From: Atractiella rhizophila
Taxonomy: Eukaryota
Direction: 5' to 3'
Assembly: GCA_021432655.1 (NCBI GenBank)
Contig: MU271400.1
Span: forward strand, 53,462-73,461
DNA length: 20,000 nucleotides
Shown: positions 11,255 to 20,000 of the stretch, in pieces
Position numbering within the stretch: position 1 is the first letter of the stretch
How the letters are laid out: each line of letters starts with the position of its first letter
Translations under genes and position numbers: made by a program
The notes under the pieces: generated by a model
Database searches by the model: none
What the model was told of the DNA's origin: nothing
Seen by the model: only the letters and a program-made list of their open reading frames with translations

Positions 11255-12085
11255 CTACATTGGAATATTCCTCAACTCCTCCAAGGTCCAATACTTCTTC
11301 ATATTGTCCCACCTCAGACTCTGAACTTCCTCATCCAAATCTATCCCAATCCAATGTCAGCGAGGGTGAACCAAGCGGCGCAGATATACATACGTTTGAA
11401 GAGCACCTGCTCAAAGCTCTCCATTAACGCTTTTAATTCGGCGGGATCCAACTTCGACGGGTCCTTACGACATTTGTCCAGATACGCTTCGTAACGGTCC
11501 AGACCGTCGTGAATTGCTCTATGCGACTGCGGGTGCTCGTCTATCGTTTCGTTCAGCATAGCGAGGGGGTTATGGTAGAAAGAGACGGACCACGGAACTC
11601 GGGCATTCGTTCAGCAAGAACGGGGAATACATATTGTCTTGGAATCACAACTTAGTGATGGACTGGGGGAGGCTGACGACTCACTCTTCAATGTTGTGAT
11701 GTAACCCTAGGTATTGGTGTAACTGGTCGGCATACGAAATGAACTCCCTAGTGTTATAGTCTTCTTCCTCATAATTGTCAGCTAACTGAACAAAGTGAGC
11801 CTCATGTCAGTTCGAGCTTCAGAACTGAGCGCAACAAAGCAATCTTCGAGAACGGGTTATGGTTACCTTGTAGATAGACCGAAATAAATGCCTGAAGTGA
11901 TTGTGGAAACCTTCCATCCTGTCTGCAAGCCTATTCGCCTGACGAAGTTGGAAAGCAGTCAGCTTGGGTTCTTCCTTGTTGGTGGACTCCTTGGGAATGG
12001 GAACATCGGATTTGGTCGATGACGATGGGGAGGCATCATTACACCCGTCGAGACCCTTGGTCGTAGTGGAATTAGATGTCGACAT
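11255..12085 (-). CDS. Hemerythrin-like (HHE cation-binding domain) protein, 5 exons
   Basis: Spliced translation: MSTSNS...ADRMEGFHNHFRHLFRSIYK / LADNYEEEDYNTREFISYADQLHQYLGLHHNIEE / QYVFPVLAERMPEFR / DEHPQSHRAIHDGLDRYEAYL...FEQVLFK / HLDEEVQSLRWDNMKKYWTLEELRNIPM*. The H, HHxxEE, FP, H and HLxEE ligand pattern is that of hemerythrin-like four-helix bundles. Stop TAG at 11257-11255. Confidence 0.88.
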
Positions 12086-13714
12086 CTTTCGCGGAGTGCT
12101 TGAAGTATATGAAGAGAAGTATGAACCTTTAGGTGCAAAATTCGCCACGAAAGGACAAGGTTTTAGACTGAAAGAGGTATGCCCTCGGGATGTTGTTTGA
12201 AGTGCTCGAGCTGGACAAATTCTCGGGAAGGGCGCCAGATTTCTACGTTGTACAAACTCCTAGATTTGAGAAAGGTGCGAGAGCGAGAAATTGAGGTGGT
12301 CGAAGCAAAAATGGGAGATACGCAAAGACGGAGCCCGCGTTACAGCATCAAGTTGCGGCGGCCCGCTCCGCCTCCCGCTCTTCCCGAACTTGTGCTTGAT
12401 GACGATGACGGGCTTGATCAGTGTTAAGGGACCGGAATATCGACAATCCATTGTAATCATTTACCTCCGTTCCAATCCTGATTCCAATCCTATTCTCAGC
12501 TGTAGGGCCCCAGGAGGACGGATTTTTCTGTGCAGCTCTCGGATGGTGAGTTAGACCAGATGGTTGGGGGAGGAGCTAACACTCCGCTTGAACGTCCGGT
12601 TACAGCGAGAACAAGGAGAGGGGGTGTTTTTCGTTTCAGTCACGGTCATGCATGTGTGAGGATCCAAGAGGTTGAGAAATGACGCTTCCAAGAAAGAAGA
12701 GGCGACGTCCACTGACAGACTTGCCTTAAATTCGAGCTATCTTGGTTCAGCTTAAGGACGGCGTATAATTACTGGATCATCACACTTTCATTGAAATATG
12801 GCAAATGGACCTTGAAACTGGGATTGGAGAGGAGAATACCAATGAAACGAGAATTACCCACCGCGCAGAGCTCTCTTTTGAATCGTTCTGAGTGTACGAA
12901 TAGTAACCGTCACCACAAATAACCTCTACAGTAGTCAGAATGCAGATGACAACCTTGACAAATGCTGACCGAGGTGACTCTATGCCCTTAGAGGATTGAG
13001 TTCCTCTTCTTCCACCTGTTCCAATCAACGCAAATGCTCCCTCTCAACGATACAAGACCCGGTCTTCTTCTCTTTGCCTCTTCTTTCTCTTGAAGCTCCT
13101 TCATCTTTAAGTTGCGTTGCAAAGAATAAACACAACCGAGAGTCCAACCGCCTTATTGAATAGAATAGATAAATACTTACCTCTTCTTCCTCGTTATTTA
13201 CAAGCTCACATTCTTCCCCCACTAACACTCGATGTCGTTCAAAATCAACGTTGCCTCCTTCTTTCACGCGTTCTCCTTGCGTTCTTAACAGGAAAATCGC
13301 GTCCATTTCTTCCAAATCTTCGTTAAGAAGGAGCACCTTTCGTCCAATCACAATCAGCACAGTTTCATTTGCTTAGTTCTCCCAAGAGCGAGAGACGACA
13401 CGAACCTTTCCATTCCCTTCCTGCACGACAACAAAGCCGTCAGCCCACGTCGGGTTCTTCCTCAACAATTGGTCGGTGTACATGCACGTGTAACTCTTCT
13501 TTCCATCCATCCCTGCCTGCAGCCCCGCCATTTCTACGCGTCCAAGTCGTCTTCAAACTACAGTCAGGTCGGGAAGGTCGCGCAAGTCGCGCTGGCGGTC
13601 GGATAAACGCGCGCTGTTTTCTCAAGAATTGTGGCGTATTGAAAACCACGAAGCTGATTTCGAGCTGGAACAAAACGCGGCTGCATCCCATTAATTTGTG
13701 GTTAGGGACACATC

Positions 13715-16700
13715 ATGGCTCCATCGTTGGACACAGTCCTGCAAGCCACTCTATTAGATCCTAGCGTAAGTTCCCAGTTATTATTGTTACCTCAAACCAC
13801 TGACGACATTGGCCAAACGGACGGACAGGCGCGTGTCCCCCCGACTTATGCGCCTGCTCTCACAGCGCATCTCGCTCTCTTCCCCAATGACACGCATTTC
13901 GCTATCTCCTTCGAACCTGGGAGTGGTTACGGTACAGTGACATGCTTGGAGAGGGGTTGTGAGATGGATATCCCCCTTGGAGCAGCCAAAGGGAGAGGAG
14001 GGGGAAAGAGAATTGGGTTTGGAGAGCTGAAACATTATCATGTGCGTTCTCTCTTCATGTTAGTTGGTGCTATTGTGGACGATGGCGAGTTTCCACACCT
14101 GTGTTAATAGACAGAGAGTTGTTCTCACTACTTGGGAGATATGGACGAGATGTTCGATATCAGAGGATACTTTATTCCTATTGCCGTTGTGTTCAAAAGG
14201 CGATTCAACGATGAATTCCATTGGAAAATGAGACCGAAAGCGTCACACATTTCTCAATCCATAACTTCTCAAGTGAGCCGCACACTTCCCGGTTCTTAGG
14301 ATGACTAAATGCTCGTCTAGAGGAAATAGGGGAGAATACGTTTCGTGTGACATCCTCATTTACTTGTTCTCCCTTTGTTAGAAATTCGGATTTCGTTCTC
14401 ATTAAGAGAATAGCGTGTCACTCACGAAATTCACATCATTGGCTCTGTGCCGAAGAAACGCAACGCGTCTCTTGCATTCCTACCTATAATGTACTTTACG
14501 GTCTATTCAGCAGCTACAAAAGAGTGGACCGCTCCCCTTCCGAATTATTTGCAGGAGTTCGTTTCGAGTAAAGCAAAATCGAGCAAGCCACATGGTCGTG
14601 TTTGTCCCAACTTTCTTGAACATTAGCAATGCGAGCCTCCCTCTGAAATTATTTGATAAAAGGATACTGCGGCTACAGCAGGAGGCCCAAGATGCCTTTC
14701 TTCAGTTTCTCGACACATTACGCCTCTGCAGTGTTTTCGATATACTTGACATTGCCGTCCTGGTTATTGATTTCTGAATGACTGGGAATGTTCGTAACAC
14801 TTAATATGTCTCTGTTGGTAGAGTTTTGTCCTTCTGAATAATCCCCTGTAAATATTGTGCCGAATGATTAGAACAAGACTGAGCTCGAGTCGAGGCTGAC
14901 TATCTCCACAGAATCACATAATGACCCATCCGACACATTCGCGTATGCGAGACGAGCGCGTCCTTCAGTTAGAGCAGCTGACGAAGAAGTCAGTCGAGAA
15001 GAAGAAGAAGAAAAAGCGAACTTCAGACGAAGCTGAACTCCCGGTTTTCTCTTCCGTGCAAGGGAATAAAAAGACAAGGATTGACAGTATTGATCTCGAC
15101 AACATGAAAATGACAAGGGAGGTGGGCCGAGTTGAACCTATCGATTTGGAGGCGATGGATATGGAAACTCCTACCCGAGTGACTGCATTTAGCAGGGAGA
15201 GGGAGGCGAATAGAGTGGCTATCCAACGCTTCGAGACCTCACCTGCTACGGCTTCGACGTCCAGTAGAATCCATCCTTCCACCTCAGCGGTGGCGCTTGA
15301 CGTGTTACCTCCGAATTCGCCGCAGAAGTCGAAATTAGGCAAGCTGATTGTTATGTTCAAAGAAGCGGTGGAGAAGGAGGGACAGTGTGAGAAAGAGATC
15401 TCGGATGGGATCAGATATCTTTCGAACGAGCAAATACGAGCTTTGCAAGCACAGGTGAAGAGCTGGCAGGCGATAAAGGAGCTGGTTAGGAAACAGATCG
15501 GCGATGGAAAGGCCAACCAAATACTCGCTGCCACCACTGGAGCAATGACACCTGCCAGACCCACTTTCAACGCGAACGCCATTGCAGGACCTTCATCTGT
15601 CCCGAATGTGAACAGACACTACCCTCACTGCCATCCCATCTGAAGGTAGACGAACGGGAAGAACGTCTCTGCCTTCTTCCAACACAGCATTCGGTGTGGC
15701 CACCCACGCAGCTGTCGCACTCCTCTCTGGACAAGCCTACCTCCCGGACCAGTTCGACCTTGACGATGACGACGACTACTCGTATCTTCAGCATCGTGCG
15801 AGCGGGGCAGAGAGAAGAGAGGAGCTGGAGAGCCTGATGAAGAAGGCGGCGGAAGGAGACTTCGAGGGAGAGGGCATGACGGTAGGAGAGGCAATGCAAA
15901 AGTTGGGATTGGACGACGACGCGACCCCATTACCTGGAAGCCAGATCAACTTGATGCCTCATCAGATTTTGGGTGTGGCATGGATGCTTGATCAAGAGAA
16001 CAGCAAGAATAAGGGAGGGATTTTAGCAGATGAGATGGGTTTGGGGAAAACCGGTTAGCTTCCCTCCGTCCGCAACGAGGTTCAATTCTGAAAGGTAGAA
16101 AAACAGTCCAGACCATAGGCCTATTGGTGCAGAATCCTCCGCAAGACTCGAGGCGACGAACTACGCTCATTGTTGCTCCCCTCTCTCTGCTCGACCAGTG
16201 GAAAAATGAAATCATGCAGTACGCTGATGGGCTCGAAGTCCTAATTTATCATTCTTCCGGAACTAAGGTAAAGACCACAAAGGAGTTGCAGGAATACGAT
16301 GTCGTGCTCACTAACTACGAAACGTTTGTACTTTCTAACCTCGACCTTGGCAAATTCTGAGGAATGTTTGAAAACTAGGCTGAGATTTCAATGGCCAGAC
16401 GATCATCTTGATGAATTAGGCAGATATCATGAACCGAAGGAGAAGAAGAAGAAGAAAAGAAGGAGCGAGTTAGAAATGTTTGAAGAGAGCGATGGTGAAA
16501 GCGAGGATGTCGAGAAGCGCGAGAGGAAAGGTTCAGCTTCCCCCGTTTGCTCTCTTCGAGTTGCATCTAACCTGAAAGGAACAGCTGGGATTCTCATAAA
16601 GATGAAGTGGTACAGGGTTGTTCTAGGTGCGCCATTGCCTTCTCGATCCGGTATAACCTACTCATTCGCCCATGGACAGATGAAGCTCGTGCGACTTCCT

Positions 16701-19149
16701 ACTCTTTATTTTGACATTCCTTACTCTGCAGCAGACATCATCCGCAATCCAAACTCCCTTACATCTAAGGCGATAACTAGAGGCCTCGATGCAAAGTACC
16801 GTTGGTGTCTCTCAGGAACGCCGCTGATCAATGGACTCAAAGACGCCTTTCCGCTACTCAAATTCATCAGACTTCGAGTCTACAGTGACTGGGTCGAGTT
16901 CAATCGGCATGTGAGTCCAGAATTTCAATTCAAACACTGAACTAAAGGGTTGTAGGTCATGAAAGGAATGGGATCAGAACCTGGAAACGCTGGGCAGCGC
17001 CTTCAAGTCATCTTCAAGAGCTGTATGTTCAGGAGAAGAAAGACCTCCACGCTGGGAGGGAAGCCAATGTGGCTCGTTCGTTCCTTTAATTTATATCACT
17101 GATGTCTCGTCTCAGCCTCAAATTGCCTCCGAAAGTCATTGAAGATGTTCCTTTGGAGTTCTCCGAAGACGAACGACAGGTGCGTAGGCATTGACTACTA
17201 CGGCGTACTTCTGAGAGAATCACAGATCTACGCGGCTGTTGAAAGGAGGGAGAAGGCGAAGTTCAACAAGTTTTTGAGGTTAGTTCTGCGTCTATAATGT
17301 ACCCACAATCCTAATCCTAGTCTAGGGAAGGCACCGTACTCAAAAACTTTGCTCAAGTGCTAGTAATGCTTCTCAGGTTGCGGCAGATCTGTAACCATCC
17401 TTGGTAAGTAAGCCTCACAGCAGTATCTATCGCTCAAGGTATCAATATATCTCAGTCTTATTACTGAAGATGTCAGCACTCATCGTTATCAGTCGGGGAA
17501 TTATTTAACCTCAAATGCAGATGAATCCGTTCGAACTAAGCGCAGAAGATACGAAGTCTGAGGTAGCTCGAGCTTTGCAAGAATCTGGACACGATTTTGT
17601 GATGCGCCTGAAGAGAATGTTGCGGGACAGAGTATCCATTTCTCAGTCAGCTTCGAAATTATTGACGTGTAAATGCAGTTCGAGGAGAAGGTGGAAGCGG
17701 AAAAAAAGGGGAAAGACGTTGAGGTCTTCGACGAATGCCCCGTCTGTGCCGACACTCTGGAGAACAGCTACGGTATGGCCTATTGCTCCTGAGAAACTGA
17801 GCTTACAAACGGAACCACAGCCGTTGCTCCGTGTGCCCACATCTTCTGCTCTCCATGTCTAGAGAAGATATGGACCAGCCCGCCACCGATGAACGATCTC
17901 AACGACCGCATCGCCCCTCAATATGCCGAAGAAGAGCGAGCTTGTCCCACCTGCAGGTTTGTGACCCATCAAACATTGAAGCGTTCTAAACTTTCAGCAG
18001 GGGCCCTATTTGCAGGCAGCGGACCTATAATATCGAAGCGTTTGAGCCATCTCGGGATGATATGCTTGGGGCCAAGCGCCTGAAAACCTTGCTTTTCAAT
18101 GAGGAAGATTCTGACAGTGATGACGATGGGTCGGTTCGTGTCCCTGCTCTGATTCTGTCCTTACAGGATGCTCACTTATAGCCAGCTCAAGGATTTTAAT
18201 GTTCATGGAAATGAGAGTTCTGACGTTGAATGGCGACCAAAGCTTGAAAATAACGGCAAAGGTGTCGTGAAAAAGCCCATAATAATTGATGAAATAAAAA
18301 TGGTAGGTGATTTGCTCCGATTATTTTTCTCCCAATTGAACTTCAACAACAGGAAATCAACGATGAAGCGGAAGTGGATGGAGCCGTCTTCGTGAAGAAA
18401 ATGTCATCTCAAGAGGGTAAACCTGTCGTCAAGCTGAAGGGTGATAAGGAGATCATGAAAATGGTTCAGAATTTTGACAAGATGATCCCGTCCACAAAAA
18501 TGACTTGGATGTTAAATACAATAAAGTCCTGGCGAGCAACTGATCCAGACGACAAGGTAAGATGGGCTTATTGACGGTTTACACTGACTGTTCATCTACA
18601 GGTGGTTGTCATAAGTCAGTGGACGAGCTGTCTTGACATTCTCGCGAATTACTTATCTGAGAACAACATTCGCCATGTCAGCTACACAGGAGACATGAAG
18701 GCTGACGAGCGAGCAGAAGTTGTGCAAAAATTCCAAAAGGGAAAGATCAAGTATCTGCTCCTCAGCTTAAAGTGTGGTGGTGAGCATGTTTGCTAGCCTT
18801 TAATATTTTCTCACCTGTTGAGCAGGGGTTGGTCTTAATCTCACCAAAGGGAATCGCATCATCCATTTTGATCTTGCTTGGTCTGAAGCCGTGGAAGCTC
18901 AAGCTTTTGACCGATGTCATAGGATCGGCCAGAGAAAGGCCGTTCGTGTGAACAGAATTACAATCAAACAAACTGTGGAGGAGAGGATCAAAGAGCTGCA
19001 GGAACGCAAAAGGTTGTTGGTCGAATCTTCACTTGGGGAGGGTGGTGGAAAAAGTGCGTCGCTTATTCACAGTTATCCATGCTCATGAGCTCCTAGAAAT
19101 TGGTAGACTCTCTGTCCAGGACCTCTGCTTCCTTTTCGGCGTTGCGTGA
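13715..19149 (+). CDS. SNF2-family ATPase with embedded C3HC4 RING finger (Rad5/Rad16/Uls1-Ris1-like), many introns
   Basis: Q motif LMPHQ; motif I GGILADEMGLGKT/VQ; TTLIVAPLSLLDQW; motif II VVL/DEA/HIIRN; motif III WCLSGTPLIN; LLRLRQICNHP; RING CPVC...PCAHIFCSPC...CPTCR; PSTKM; VVISQWTSCLD; LLSLKCGGVGLNL; motif VI QAFDRCHRIGQ; C-terminal RLSVQDLCFLFGVA*, stop at 19147-19149. The helicase/RING part (about 15750-19149) is secure; attaching exons 13715-14041 and 14912-~15607 is less so. Confidence 0.85.
14997..15016 (+). repeat. Short (GAA/AAG)n tract encoding a poly-Lys stretch (possible nuclear localisation signal); a similar tract lies at about 16440-16462
   Basis: GAGAAGAAGAAGAAGAAAAA encodes EKKKKKK(R); the second tract encodes EKKKKKRR. 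Confidence 0.5.
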
Positions 19150-19550
19150 GACGACTGATTGCATCTGTAATTCGCGTTCCACTTCATTTTGCATGCATGC
19201 CTCTGCTCTGACTCCCCTTTCGTTTTGCTTCCAGTTGTTGACTTGCCATCGATTCGTTCGGTTTCCCTTTATCACTTATCCCCCCTTGTGTACAAGTTAA
19301 CCTTGAAATTTATCCCGTCGTTATTAGGATTTGGTATCTCTGAAGTTCGTGAGAAAACGACAGAAAATGGGTTTCATGGGATTTCTGCATTTATTACTTT
19401 TTATCAAGGCTTTGAAACTTAGAAAATTGAGCTTTTGGGGGTCTATTAATCTCGACCATATCTACCTCATCTAACCTATGCCTTCTTTGCTGTATATCAC
19501 AAATAAGTTATAATGCATGGAAGACGGCTGTGTGGGAGGTGCTGGACGAT

Positions 19551-20000
19551 CTATGATAACGTTGTGCTCAACCTCGGGGTTGCAATCGCATCACCATCCT
19601 CTGCACCAGGAATTGCGAGAGAGTCTTGCGTCCCTACTTCCGCAAGACCAAGAGTAAGGTGGGAGGGGGATGTAACCATGGAGTTCATGGACAGCTTCTG
19701 CCTGACCCCATCTGCTCCTATTTGACAGTCTCAGGTAACCGAAGAGAGCAGACGAAACTCTAAGACGAACCAACTTCGTAGTGAAGTCCCTCCAATGGCG
19801 TTGTGGATTTCTTCATGAAATGTGACTTTGCGTAATATCTACTTAAAACTTGCATGGCGGGCGAGAGATCGGTGTGGTTAGTGAGTAATCTTCAGTTAGA
19901 GTCAGTGGGTCTAAGTAAGTCTTTTTGCAGCAACACATACCGTCGTGGTTGCGCCTGGATAGTATGCTTGGAATCCAAGTTGAGGTGTGGGAGGGACGAG
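19551..20000 (-). CDS. Probable 3' end of an unidentified gene entering from the right edge
   Basis: Minus-strand splice signals (GTATGT...AG, GTTGGT...AATAG) allow LVPPTPQLGFQAYYPGATTT / ILRKVTFHEEIHNAIGGTSLR / RADGVRQKLSMNS...TPRLSTTLS*. No recognisable domain, and an alternative frame also splices. Confidence 0.35.

Noticed and set aside
14965..15930. Antisense ORFs 14965-15582, 15567-15899 and 15625-15930
   Set aside because: Shadows of the plus-strand SNF2 exons.
1..20000. CRISPR arrays, tRNA or rRNA genes, prokaryotic operons or defence systems
   Set aside because: None seen; the sequence is spliceosomal-intron-rich eukaryotic DNA.

Overview
Eukaryotic, intron-rich, gene-dense DNA with short (~45-60 nt) GT-AG introns, most consistent with a basidiomycete fungus (inference). 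Genes, left to right: an NmrA/isoflavone-reductase-like oxidoreductase (-), a CsgA/C-factor-like short-chain dehydrogenase (SDR) (-), anaphase-promoting complex subunit 1 (+), a hemerythrin/HHE-domain protein (-), a RING-containing SNF2 ATPase of the Rad5/Rad16/Uls1 group (+), and probably the 3' end of another gene (-) at the window edge. The main observation: the two blocks flanking the 554-N gap (~1587-2183 and 2738-4081) are mirror-written. They code on neither real strand, but their plain complement read left to right gives the missing N-terminus of the NmrA gene and the missing C-terminal ~80% of the SDR, with canonical introns; the SDR junction is base-exact. A normal DNA inversion cannot do this, so it is almost certainly a gap-filling or scaffolding artefact that breaks two genes and hides them from six-frame annotation. 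Secondary points of interest are in the SNF2 gene: an ~870-nt first intron, a 9-nt microexon carrying the DEAH motif, candidate SUMO-interacting motifs and an unresolved frame change. I found no well-supported novel biological system.
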